Positions 8,952 through 17,775 of a stretch of 64,000 nt of DNA are shown here, piece by piece; position 1 is the stretch's first letter, and each line of letters begins with the position of its first letter. Source of the DNA: Candidatus Saccharimonadia bacterium (GTDB lineage: Bacteria > Patescibacteriota > Saccharimonadia > UBA4664); assembly GCA_036488585.1 (NCBI GenBank), contig DASXHH010000009.1:366-64365 (forward strand), written 5' to 3'. The position numbers were made by a program, and so were the translations under genes. The notes below the pieces were generated by a model, which did no database searches, was not told the origin of the DNA, and saw nothing but the letters and a program-made list of their open reading frames with translations.

Positions 8952-8984
8952 ACGCGTATTGTACCTGACGGTAGGCCGGCGGTC

Positions 8985-10076
8985 CTAAAATTGGCGCTGG
9001 ATGCAAAAGTTAGCCAGTTCGGTAAGGCGGGAGCGAGCGTCTCGGCCGAGACCGGCTTTAGACAGAGCCTGAAGGCTGGTTTTGAGGAACGACTCGGCTA
9101 GTTCCTGAGTTTTTTGGGGCGCGCCAGTGGCCCGCAGCAGCTCTCGTACCGCCTCAAGCTCGGCGGTGCCGGCGTTGCGATGACCCCAGAGCAGGCCAAG
9201 CTCACGCTTTTGAGCGGAGGTGGCAGCTGCAAGCGCGAAGTGGATGAGCACGGTGCGCTTGCCTTCTTGAAGGTCTGAGAGCACCGGCTTACCGAGCGCC
9301 TCCTCACGGCCAAATACGCCGAGCAGGTCGTCGGTAAGCTGGAAGGCCACGCCGAGGGCCTGGCCAAAGATGGCCAGCTCTCGTTGGGTGCTCTTGGTGG
9401 CGCCGGCAAGCTCTGCACCCACCAAAAGCGGTACTTCGAAGCTGTAGCAGGCGGTTTTGTAGCGGCAGACCCGCAGCAGGGTCTCGAGAGCGGGCGGGCT
9501 GATGGTCGGAAGGGCTGCAGCCACATCGGCGAGCTGGCCGCCCATCTCCTCAAACAGCATGCGCTGAACATGAGCCGCGGCGGCCAGTTTGCGCTCGGCC
9601 GGGAACGGCGCCGTGAGGATGGCCTCGAGTCCGAGGGCCATGGTGGCGTTGCCGGCGAGGAGGGCAAAAGACGAGGCCTGGTGCCAGGCTTCATCGGATT
9701 CGAGCCCCTGCTCCACAAAGCGGCGATGGTACACGCCTAGCACGTTGGGGCGACCATGACGGATGGTGTCGCGGTCGATAATATCGTCGTGAATGAGCAG
9801 AAAATTATGGAACAACTCCTGAGAGATGGCCGCTTGCAATGCCGGCTCGCGCTCGCTACCACCACAACCCTCATAGGCGGTCAGCATGATATACGGCCGC
9901 AAGCGCTTCCCACTGCCGAGCGCCTGATCACGCACCACCCCGAGCAGCTCGGCGTAACCGGGGTCGATTGGATGGGCCCGAGCAATGGCCGATTTGAGCA
10001 GGCGGCTCAGGTGCTCGTCAACCTGGGCCTTAAAGCCCCGCGGCATGACTTGGGGTTGGTCAGTTAAGTGCGGCAT
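8985..10076 (-). CDS. short-chain trans-polyprenyl diphosphate synthase (FPP/GGPP synthase-like)
   Basis: First Asp-rich motif FLLIHDDIIDRDTIRHGRP (aromatic at -5) and second motif FQLTDDLLGVFG. Start set at ATG 10076 (MPHLT...); the upstream 57 codons of the raw ORF look non-coding. Confidence 0.8.
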   Translation of the reverse strand: MPHLTDQPQVMPRGFKAQVDEHLSRLLKSAIARAHPIDPGYAELLGVVRDQALGSGKRLRPYIMLTAYEGCGGSEREPALQAAISQELFHNFLLIHDDIIDRDTIRHGRPNVLGVYHRRFVEQGLESDEAWHQASSFALLAGNATMALGLEAILTAPFPAERKLAAAAHVQRMLFEEMGGQLADVAAALPTISPPALETLLRVCRYKTACYSFEVPLLVGAELAGATKSTQRELAIFGQALGVAFQLTDDLLGVFGREEALGKPVLSDLQEGKRTVLIHFALAAATSAQKRELGLLWGHRNAGTAELEAVRELLRATGAPQKTQELAESFLKTSLQALSKAGLGRDARSRLTELANFCIQRQF

Positions 10077-10164
10077 AATACTAGTTTTGCATCTTGTGGT
10101 CAGTTTTAGGCCATAGTTAAGAAAAAGTTTATCTGGATACCCTATGCTTATGCTAAGGAGAGAT

Positions 10165-10833
10165 ATGCGAATTTTATTGGTTGAGGACGATAGGACCGTC
10201 GCCGAGACTCTCACCGAGGCTCTTGGCTGGTATTTCGTGGTCGACAATGCCTATAGTGGCTCTGAGACACTCGAAATGCTGTTTCAACATGCTTATGACC
10301 TAATAATCTTAGACTACACCCTGCCCGACATCCAGGCGCCACTGCTATACGAGCAGATCCGCAGTATCGACCAGACCGTGAAAGTGCTATTGGTAACGGG
10401 CAATGACAACGTGGAAGACAAGATTAAGATGTTGGACGCTGGAGCCGATGACTACGTGATAAAGCCGTTCGAGATCCGGGAGCTGCGTGCCCGCATCCGG
10501 GCGGTGCTGCGCCGAGGCAACCAACGGCCGGGGTCGTCGTTGATAGTGCTCGACGACCTGCAGGTGGACGTGGCGGGCCGGACGGTGAGACGCCGGGGCA
10601 TTGAGATCAAGCTGCAGCGCAAGGATTTCGATATCCTAGAGTACCTGTTGCGCAACCAAGGTCGGGTAGTGACGCGCGAGATGATTTTGAACCACGTCTG
10701 GACCAACCATAAAGAAAGTTCTGGCAATCTGGTGGACGTGCATATTAAGAAGATTCGCGACCAGATAGACAAACCATTCCAGCACCCGCTGATTCACACC
10801 GTGCCGGGAGTGGGTTATAAAATCGACACCTAG
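10165..10833 (+). CDS. two-component response regulator, OmpR/PhoB family (REC + winged helix)
   Basis: MRILLVEDD, DLIILDYTLPD and DYVIKPF in the receiver domain, with a C-terminal Trans_reg_C-like wing. AGGAGAG Shine-Dalgarno precedes ATG 10165. Confidence 0.9.
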   Translation: MRILLVEDDRTVAETLTEALGWYFVVDNAYSGSETLEMLFQHAYDLIILDYTLPDIQAPLLYEQIRSIDQTVKVLLVTGNDNVEDKIKMLDAGADDYVIKPFEIRELRARIRAVLRRGNQRPGSSLIVLDDLQVDVAGRTVRRRGIEIKLQRKDFDILEYLLRNQGRVVTREMILNHVWTNHKESSGNLVDVHIKKIRDQIDKPFQHPLIHTVPGVGYKIDT

Positions 10834-10881
10834 CAGCCGTGAGGCTTACAGGGTGAATTTAAACGAAAGGAGGTGATATGA

Positions 10882-10995
10882 ATGAGCGAAGTGATTAAGA
10901 AGGCCTTAACCGACAAGAGCGCCCGTAATACGGAAGCGCTCCGGGCGGTGGCCACCAAGGAGGTCGCGTCCCCCTGGGGCAGCGTTGACGTCTAA
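10882..10995 (+). CDS. 37-aa hydrophilic peptide (MSEVIKKALTDKSARNTEALRAVATKEVASPWGSVDV) with strong SD and its own terminator, lying between the RR and HK genes
   Basis: AAGGAGGTGA sits 8 nt upstream of the ATG. The ORF ends 4 nt before a textbook terminator. A 6-codon ORF (ATG 10878) precedes it. Confidence 0.4.
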   Translation: MSEVIKKALTDKSARNTEALRAVATKEVASPWGSVDV

Positions 10996-11001
10996 ATAAG
11001 C

Positions 11002-11031
11002 AGACTGGGCGCGGCTCCGCCCAGTCTTTTA
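11002..11031 (+). terminator. rho-independent terminator (AGACTGGGCG-loop-GCCCAGTCT-TTTT)
   Basis: Perfect 9-10 bp GC stem followed by a T-run. Confidence 0.8.
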
Positions 11032-11083
11032 TGAGAATAACAAAACGCTTATGCTTAAACTAATATGAACTATACTTTGTAAA

Positions 11084-12466
11084 ATGCTTTCCCGACTAAT
11101 CGAACGCACATATAAGCTATTCATTAAACCAAAAACGGCCGATGCCGAACAGCGGCGACAAGAGTTTATTCTAAACATTATTCTGACCGGCTCGTTTGTG
11201 CTGTCGCTGGTGGCACTGTTTGTGGTGATTTTGAATCTGGCGGCTGAGAGGGTGTCGTACACCGGCGAATCTCCGGGAATGGCAGTAGTGAGCGTGGCGC
11301 TATTCGGCGGGCTGCTGGCGATTTCCCGCGGCGGTCGGTTTAAGGTTTCGGGCTACACGATTGTGGCACTGTATTTAATGATGGCCTTTTATACCCTGTT
11401 CCGCTGGGGAATTTCGCTGGCGGAAGGCGTGCTACTGATGGCGCTGGTGCTGGTACTGGCCTGGATTTTGCTGGGGACAATCGGCGGCGTGGCGGCCACG
11501 GCTTTGGCGATGGGCGGGCTGATCGTGTTGGGTTACCTGCAGCAGGAACATTTAGTACATTTTGATTCGAGCTGGATGAAGACGCCCGGCAATATGAGCG
11601 ACGGAGTGACATTTTCGCTGACGTTGTGGGTGATTACTATTGTGTCTTGGCTAAGCAACCATGAAACCGAGCGCTCGCGGCGACGGGCGCAACGCAGTGA
11701 AGAGGAGCTGAGGCGGCAGCGCGACTTGCTCGAGGAGAAGGTGCGCGAGCGGACCCGGGAGTTGGAGATAGCCCAGCATGAGCAGCTTATGCAGATGTCG
11801 AAATTCGCGGAGTTCGGTCGGCTGACCTCGGGCATCGTACACGAACTGGTGTCGCCGTTAATGGCGGTGAGCGCCAACCTGCAGCAGATGAACAACCGGA
11901 CCGCCTCCGATAAGCTGCGCCGGGCCTTGGAGGGAACCAAGCGCATGGAGCGCTACATTCTGGCAGCCCGCAAACAGCTGCAGAACCAAGCCGAGGAAGC
12001 GGAATTTTCGGTCAGCCACGAAATTGAATCGGTGGTGGATTTTCTGGCGCCGTTGGCCAAAAAGCAACAGGTGAAAATTGAGTTTATAAAACTGGGCGAG
12101 CCGGAGCTGCGGGGTAGCGCCATTAAATTGCACCAGATAATGACCAACTTGGTATCGAACGCGTTGGACGCCTACGGAACGGCTGAAGTGGCGAGCCAAA
12201 AGCGGGTGGTGGTGGAGCTGGTACGGGCTGATAGCAATGTAATGATACGGGTGCAGGATTGGGGCACCGGAATAGCGGCGGAAAACTTAGACAAGATCTT
12301 TGAGCCGTTTTATACCACCAAGAGCTCCGACCAGGGGATGGGGTTGGGCTTGTCTTTGGTGAAGGAATACGTGGAGCAAGGGTTTGGCGGCGCAATCTCG
12401 GTGACCAGTGACGATGTAAACGGCACAGTGTTTGCGCTCAGACTGCCAATAAAACGAGCGGGCTAG
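11084..12466 (+). CDS. sensor histidine kinase (multi-TM sensor, HisKA + HATPase_c)
   Basis: N-terminal TM helices, H-box GIVHELVSPL, N-box LHQIMTNLVSNALDA, G-boxes DWGTGI and GMGLGLSLV. Confidence 0.9.
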   Translation: MLSRLIERTYKLFIKPKTADAEQRRQEFILNIILTGSFVLSLVALFVVILNLAAERVSYTGESPGMAVVSVALFGGLLAISRGGRFKVSGYTIVALYLMMAFYTLFRWGISLAEGVLLMALVLVLAWILLGTIGGVAATALAMGGLIVLGYLQQEHLVHFDSSWMKTPGNMSDGVTFSLTLWVITIVSWLSNHETERSRRRAQRSEEELRRQRDLLEEKVRERTRELEIAQHEQLMQMSKFAEFGRLTSGIVHELVSPLMAVSANLQQMNNRTASDKLRRALEGTKRMERYILAARKQLQNQAEEAEFSVSHEIESVVDFLAPLAKKQQVKIEFIKLGEPELRGSAIKLHQIMTNLVSNALDAYGTAEVASQKRVVVELVRADSNVMIRVQDWGTGIAAENLDKIFEPFYTTKSSDQGMGLGLSLVKEYVEQGFGGAISVTSDDVNGTVFALRLPIKRAG

Positions 12467-12496
12467 AATTTGGATCAGCGGCGTCGGAGGGAGCTG

Positions 12497-14422
12497 ATGC
12501 ATCGAGTGGCAGAGGAACAGCAACCGGAGGGATGGTTTACTAGTTGGTCGGCGCCAGAAGGTACAACACCTGGTCTGGGGGATGCGCGCCACGCTACCAC
12601 CTTTTTTACGTCCCTGGTGGCGGTCGCGCTGGCGGAGGTGGACGAACCCGAGGCGGAGGTGGTTCGACAACAGTCGGTGGACTGGCTGCTTGGGGAGCGC
12701 GGATCGCAGTGGTCGTTTAACTACTGGGCGCGCGGATCGGAAGAAGCCGCCGCTCTCCCCTACCCCGACGACTGGGACGACACCAGCTGCGCACTGGCGG
12801 CAATAATGCGGCTGCGGCCAGAGGCGGTGAGCGGTGGGGCGTTAGCAGCCATGGTGAATCTGCTCACCGCCACCGAGGTAGCCGAAGGCGGCCCCTACCG
12901 CACCTGGATGGTGAATGCGGAAGCTGGGCCCGAATGGCAGGACGTGGATGTGGCGGTGAATAGTAACATCGCCTATATGTTGAGCCTGCAGAAGGTAGAA
13001 TTACCGAGCTTGTCGGGATTGATAGAGCGGGCGATTGAGGCGAACGAGCTGCGGTCGCCGTATTACCCCACGAGCTACCCGCTAGTGTATTTTGCGTCGC
13101 GATGGTATCGGGGATCGGAAGCGGCGCGCTTGAGGGAATGGCTGAAGTTGCGCAAACGAAACGGCTGGTGGGGCGACCCGCTGCGGACCGCTCTAGCAAT
13201 AACCGCTAGCCTTAACCTGGGGGCGCGCCCGGAGGAGGTGGCGACGCCACTGGCAGTGCTGGCCGGACGGCCACTTGAGAGCTTAGCCCGGGCCTACCCC
13301 TTTTGCTATGATCCGGAGGCGGGCGGGCAACACTACGTAGCAGGGGCGTCGGCCCTGACCACCGCCCTAGTGTTGGAGGCGGACGCCAAGTACGAGCGGG
13401 CTGTGGCGACGACGGGGCGAGACAAGGCGGAGCACGGCGGGCGTGAGGCGGAGTCCGACCGGATTCACGAGCAGGTAGTGAGCCGAGTGCGAGAACGACT
13501 GAATGTTGCCGGGCCCGACCTGGCGGGGTCAGCCAGCTACATCATCGACCGGGTCACGCGGGATGATCCGGCACGGCAGGTAACGCTTCTACCCTGGGTG
13601 TTTCGGCGAGCACTGGGCGAGGCTGGCGAGACGGTTACGGACGAGCGGTTAGTGCTGCTGGGCGCCTTGAGCTTGTTGGGCTGGATGGCCTACACGATTT
13701 ACGACGATTTTCTCGATAACGAGGGTGAGCCCAAGCTACTGCCACTAGCTAACCTGGCCCTGCGCGAAGTGGTGGTGGCCTTCAATTCCGATACGGCCGG
13801 ATCTGGCCTGATGGCAATGGTGGTGCTCGACCTGATGGACGCGGCCAACGCCTGGGAGGTAAACCACTGCCGGGTGGCCAGCCAGGGCGAGCTACTGCGG
13901 GTGGCGCCGCCGGATTATGGCAATTTGGGCCGGCTGGCCGAACGGTCGATGGGTCACGCGCTCGGGGCTATGGTGATGATGTTGGATCTGGGGTATGGGG
14001 CTGACTCACGGGAGGTGGGCGCGGTGGAGGAGTTTTTCCGTCATTATTTAATTGCGCGACAACTCAACGATGAGGCTCACGACTGGAAACCGGACCTTCA
14101 AAGCGGCCATATCAACGCCGTCGGAGCGCGGCTGCTGGCGGCAGTGAGCAACCGCGGAGACAGCGTGGAACGGCTGTACGACGGGCTCGAGCAGGTGTTT
14201 TGGGAACAAGAGATCGGGCCGGTCTGTGAGCGGGTACTAGAGGAGTTAACGCTGGCGCGGGCGGCGCTGGCGCGGGCCGATGTGTCTCGTCCCGAGGAGC
14301 TGGAGGTGCTGCTCGAGCCAGTAGCTGCAGCCGCCCACCGGGCCCTAGAGGGGCAACGTCAAACATTGGATTTTTTGCAGGCCTATCGAGATAAAACCGG
14401 AAACGGTGGAAAAATACAGTAA
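12497..14422 (+). CDS. two-domain terpene-synthase-like protein: N-terminal alpha/alpha-toroid repeats (prenyltransferase/squalene-oxidase-type) + C-terminal alpha-helical isoprenoid-synthase-like domain with DDxxD
   Basis: N-terminal half has repeated helical-hairpin motifs (VDWLLGERGSQWSF; PYPDDWDDTSCALAAIMRL, which is DxDDT(A/S)-like; NGWWGDP). C-terminal half has IYDDFLD (DDxxD) and about 120 aa later QLNDEAHD (degenerate second Asp-rich/NSE-like motif). GGAGGGAG Shine-Dalgarno precedes ATG 12497. The domain assignment rests on motifs only. Confidence 0.45.
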   Translation: MHRVAEEQQPEGWFTSWSAPEGTTPGLGDARHATTFFTSLVAVALAEVDEPEAEVVRQQSVDWLLGERGSQWSFNYWARGSEEAAALPYPDDWDDTSCALAAIMRLRPEAVSGGALAAMVNLLTATEVAEGGPYRTWMVNAEAGPEWQDVDVAVNSNIAYMLSLQKVELPSLSGLIERAIEANELRSPYYPTSYPLVYFASRWYRGSEAARLREWLKLRKRNGWWGDPLRTALAITASLNLGARPEEVATPLAVLAGRPLESLARAYPFCYDPEAGGQHYVAGASALTTALVLEADAKYERAVATTGRDKAEHGGREAESDRIHEQVVSRVRERLNVAGPDLAGSASYIIDRVTRDDPARQVTLLPWVFRRALGEAGETVTDERLVLLGALSLLGWMAYTIYDDFLDNEGEPKLLPLANLALREVVVAFNSDTAGSGLMAMVVLDLMDAANAWEVNHCRVASQGELLRVAPPDYGNLGRLAERSMGHALGAMVMMLDLGYGADSREVGAVEEFFRHYLIARQLNDEAHDWKPDLQSGHINAVGARLLAAVSNRGDSVERLYDGLEQVFWEQEIGPVCERVLEELTLARAALARADVSRPEELEVLLEPVAAAAHRALEGQRQTLDFLQAYRDKTGNGGKIQ

Positions 14423-14448
14423 CGCGGCCGTGTTACGATTAAGCATTA

Positions 14449-15242
14449 TGAAGAAACTGAAACTGCTGGCCTACACATTGAGCCTAGCCGGAATGCTTGC
14501 AGCGGCGCCGGTGCTAGCGGCCAAACCAGCGGGAGCCGGCAAAATCGGCCCCGGCCTGGGCATGGACGTGTCTTATCCGCAATGCGGCAAGAGCCTACCG
14601 ACGACTCCGGCGTTTGCAGTGGTGGGCGTGAACGGGGGCGTGGCTAACAATTTCAACCGTTGTTTTAGCTCGGAGCTGACCTGGGCCGAGGGTGCCAGTG
14701 GTGGCACACAGCAGCCGAAGGTGTCAGTGTACGTAAACACCGGCAACCCCGGCGACGTGTTGGCCCAATACAATCTGGCCGATTGGCCGACCAGCACCAA
14801 CCCGGCCGATCCGTACGGCTCATGCATGGGCGTGTGGACCGATGACTTGGCCTGCTCTTGGGAGTACGGCTATGAGCGGGCGCAAGGCGATGTGGGTTAC
14901 GCCGGCAGTGGTGCGCGCAGATGGTGGCTGGACGTTGAGACTTCCAACAGCTGGACTATCGATGCCGCCAAAAATCGTGCAGCGCTCGAGGGCATGGTGT
15001 ATGGGCTGACTGAGGCCGGCGGCACGGTGGGGCTGTACTCCACGGCTGGTGCCTGGTCTAGCGTTGCAGGTGCCGTGCCCATGGCCAGTCCGCTGTACGC
15101 GTTGCCGGAGTGGCGACCGGGCGCCGAAACCCAGCGCCAGGCACAAAGCAATTGCAGCCTCTCCCCTCTTACTGGCGGTGGTCACATCACGCTCACACAA
15201 TACACCACCACGCTCGATTACGATTACAGCTGCATTAACTAA
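14449..15242 (+). CDS. secreted glycoside hydrolase-like protein (GH25/DUF1906-like TIM barrel), signal peptide
   Basis: Signal peptide MKKLKLLAYTLSLAGMLAAAPVLAA. GMDVSYPQCG... resembles the N-terminal catalytic strand of GH25 and Rv2525c-like proteins. Function uncertain. Confidence 0.5.
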
Positions 15243-16777
15243 GACGTAGTCATGTCGTCGGAAACGGGAGCTGGGTCGGCTGGTGACTCAACCGGGGCGC
15301 TACTGTGACCCAGGTGCTCCTTCACCACGGCGGCTTTAGCCGGGCCAATGGCGGCCGCTACCTCCTCCTGGGTGGCCTGCCGCACGCCGCGCACCGACCC
15401 GAAGCGCCGGATGAGCGTTTTGCGGGTGGCCGGGCCGATCCCGGGTATGGCATCGAGCAGGCTCTGGGTTTGGCGTTTGCCGCGTAGGATCGACTGGTAG
15501 GTAATGGCAAAACGGTGGGCTTCGTCACGCACCCGTTGCAGAAGTTTGAGCACATGGCTGGAGGGCGGTAGCAGGATGGTTTCGAAATCCTGGTTGGTGG
15601 TGACCCAAGCCTCGTCTTCGTAATGGCCCGGGTCAACCACGCGCGACTCTGGCCGGCGGCGAATTATTTCCTCCTCGCGCTTAGCCAGGCCGATAGCCGG
15701 AATGCCGAGCCCCATGGCATCGAGCACGCTGAGCGCGGCTGCCAGCTGACCCTTGCCGCCGTCAATCAGTAGCAGGTCGGGTTTGGGCCATTCTTCGAGG
15801 TGTTTGGGGCCGAAGCGGCGAGCGAGTACCTCGCGCATGTGGGCGAAATCATCGTTGCCGGCGAGGTGCATTTTGAAGCGGCGGTACTCGTCACGGTTGG
15901 GCACACCGTCCGAAAACACCACCATGCTGGCGACATTATCGGTGCCGCCGAGGTGTGAGATGTCGTAGGCCTCGATGCGACGAGGAATGCCCTTGAGCTC
16001 CAGCCGCTCGGACAGGCCGGTGAGCGCTTGGTCGCGGGTGAGGTCGAAGGCCTCTTTGTCGCCGAATACCATTTGCTTGCCAAACGCGCGTAGGTCGGCC
16101 AGCTGGTCGCGGCGGCGAGCGGCCTCTTCGTAGTGCTTGCGCCCCGCGAGTTGGGCCATTTCACGCTCAAGCTGGTCCATGAGCTTGGTCTGTTCGCCTT
16201 TTAGATAAAGTTCTAGCTTGCGAATGTTCTTGCGGTAATCGGCTACAGTGATCGCGCCTTCTTCCGGCCCCGGACACAGCCCCAGGTGGTATTGCAGGCA
16301 GCCGCGGGCGGGCCATTTGTCGTGTGTGACATACGGAAACACTTTGCGCAACATGCGCATGGCCCGGCGCAGAGCATCACTGGAAGTAAACGGTCCGTAG
16401 TAATGAGCCTTATCATCCAAGGGCCGGCGGACGTATGACACCACCGGAAATTCCTCCGCACTGATCTTCACATAAATGAAGTTTTTCTCGTCTTTCCAAT
16501 CGATGTTGTATTTGGGCTTGTAACGCTTTATGAACTCAGATTCCAGGAACAGCGCTTCGGCCTCACTGCCAGCGATGATCCATTCAGTGTCCGCAATTTC
16601 GGCCACTAGCAGCCGGGTCTTGGGGTCCTTGCGGCCATTCTGGAAGTAACTCATGACACGGTTTTTGAGCACGGCGGCTTTGCCGATGTAAATAATCTTT
16701 TTGTCGGCATCGCGATGGAAATACACACCAGGTTCGGCGGGTAGGGTTTTGAGTTTGGCTTTTAGAGCGTCGGTCAT
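15239..16777 (-). CDS. uvrC: excinuclease ABC subunit C
   Basis: N-terminal GIY-YIG (GVYFHRDADKKIIYIGKA...), UvrBC-interaction region, and C-terminal HhH (AIPGIGPATRKTLIRRFGSV). Confidence 0.9.
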   Translation of the reverse strand: MTDALKAKLKTLPAEPGVYFHRDADKKIIYIGKAAVLKNRVMSYFQNGRKDPKTRLLVAEIADTEWIIAGSEAEALFLESEFIKRYKPKYNIDWKDEKNFIYVKISAEEFPVVSYVRRPLDDKAHYYGPFTSSDALRRAMRMLRKVFPYVTHDKWPARGCLQYHLGLCPGPEEGAITVADYRKNIRKLELYLKGEQTKLMDQLEREMAQLAGRKHYEEAARRRDQLADLRAFGKQMVFGDKEAFDLTRDQALTGLSERLELKGIPRRIEAYDISHLGGTDNVASMVVFSDGVPNRDEYRRFKMHLAGNDDFAHMREVLARRFGPKHLEEWPKPDLLLIDGGKGQLAAALSVLDAMGLGIPAIGLAKREEEIIRRRPESRVVDPGHYEDEAWVTTNQDFETILLPPSSHVLKLLQRVRDEAHRFAITYQSILRGKRQTQSLLDAIPGIGPATRKTLIRRFGSVRGVRQATQEEVAAAIGPAKAAVVKEHLGHSSAPVESPADPAPVSDDMTTS

Positions 16778-16796
16778 AGGTTTATTATATCTGTTA

Positions 16797-16830
16797 TCAA
16801 AAAGACCCGCTTGCTGGCGGGCCTTTTGAA
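16797..16830. terminator. bidirectional intrinsic terminator (AAAA-GACCCGC-ttgctg-GCGGGCC-TTTT)
   Basis: Stem-loop flanked by A-run and T-run, downstream of the minus-strand gene 16848-17090. Confidence 0.6.
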
Positions 16831-16847
16831 TTTAAGGGCCAAGGGGT

Positions 16848-17090
16848 TTACACGGCTTCGTCCATGTCTTCGTCCTCGCTCGCCCGACCTCGAGCCTCAC
16901 CGCCCTTGCGGCCGGCCGCTTCTACATCTTCTTTCGGACGGTTGGCGAAGTTTCCAGGGTTGTTTTGCTTACCTTGCTTCTTGCCGATTTCTGAATAAAA
17001 CTCGGAACCGCGCTCGTTTCGGACCTTCTCTCCGCCCATCCTGCCGGCCTGCGAGGTGGTCATCGAACCGTCTTTGCTCTTGTCTGCCAT
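16848..17090 (-). CDS. KGG-repeat general stress protein (YciG/GsiB-like)
   Basis: 80 aa, hydrophilic, with repeated KGG-type units (GRKGGEARG, GKKQGKQ, GRMGGEK). Confidence 0.65.
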   Translation of the reverse strand: MADKSKDGSMTTSQAGRMGGEKVRNERGSEFYSEIGKKQGKQNNPGNFANRPKEDVEAAGRKGGEARGRASEDEDMDEAV

Positions 17091-17211
17091 ATACGGGATT
17101 TCTCCACTTAATTAAAGCGAAGATTAACAGCCTGGACCGGTGGAGTCACTTACGAAATTCACAAGAAGCCGGCGCCTGTTGGGCCCTAATATCATGGATA
17201 TAGCTTAGCCG

Positions 17212-17694
17212 TTAAAGGCTGGGTGAAGTGCCGATTTGACCTTGAATTTGCAATTCAGACCGAAAGCCAGGCTGGAGGGAATCGGGACCAGAGGCAGGTT
17301 GGTAGGCTGAGGTGGCCATAAGGGAGGCTGGGCTGCCAGCCTGGGCTTGCTGGATGCTGGTGGCAGGCTGCACGGTGAGATTGGGCTGTGCGGGGGTGGC
17401 GGCAAGACCGATAGCGGGAGTAGCGGCGGTGGCTGGCTGGATGGTGGCCTCAGCAATGGGAGTAGGCGGCTGGGTAGTGTCGGCGGTGCGGGATTGCAGA
17501 ATGAGTTGCCCAATGCCGGCGCCGGCTGCGATGGTGGCTAGCGCCCAGACAACCCAGAGCAATGGCTTCAGGCTCGACCGGCTGAGGCTAGGGACGACAA
17601 CTGAGCGCATCGGCGGCGCCAGAGTAAGTGATTCATGGAAGGGTTCGGGTTGATTTTGGGGGGGTTTGGTGGCTTTTGTCATGGCTTTCCTCAT
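17212..17694 (-). CDS. hypothetical membrane-anchored Pro/Thr/Ala-rich protein (160 aa)
   Basis: Single TM (LLWVVWALATIAAGAGIG) followed by a low-complexity PTA-rich tail. Confidence 0.5.
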   Translation of the reverse strand: MRKAMTKATKPPQNQPEPFHESLTLAPPMRSVVVPSLSRSSLKPLLWVVWALATIAAGAGIGQLILQSRTADTTQPPTPIAEATIQPATAATPAIGLAATPAQPNLTVQPATSIQQAQAGSPASLMATSAYQPASGPDSLQPGFRSELQIQGQIGTSPSL

Positions 17695-17775
17695 TGTTTC
17701 ACCCTCCGTAATTTCGGATAGTTTATAACGAGCAGCGCCATTTTGCTAGTTTCTAAAGCCAAAAAGCTTGGCTTA

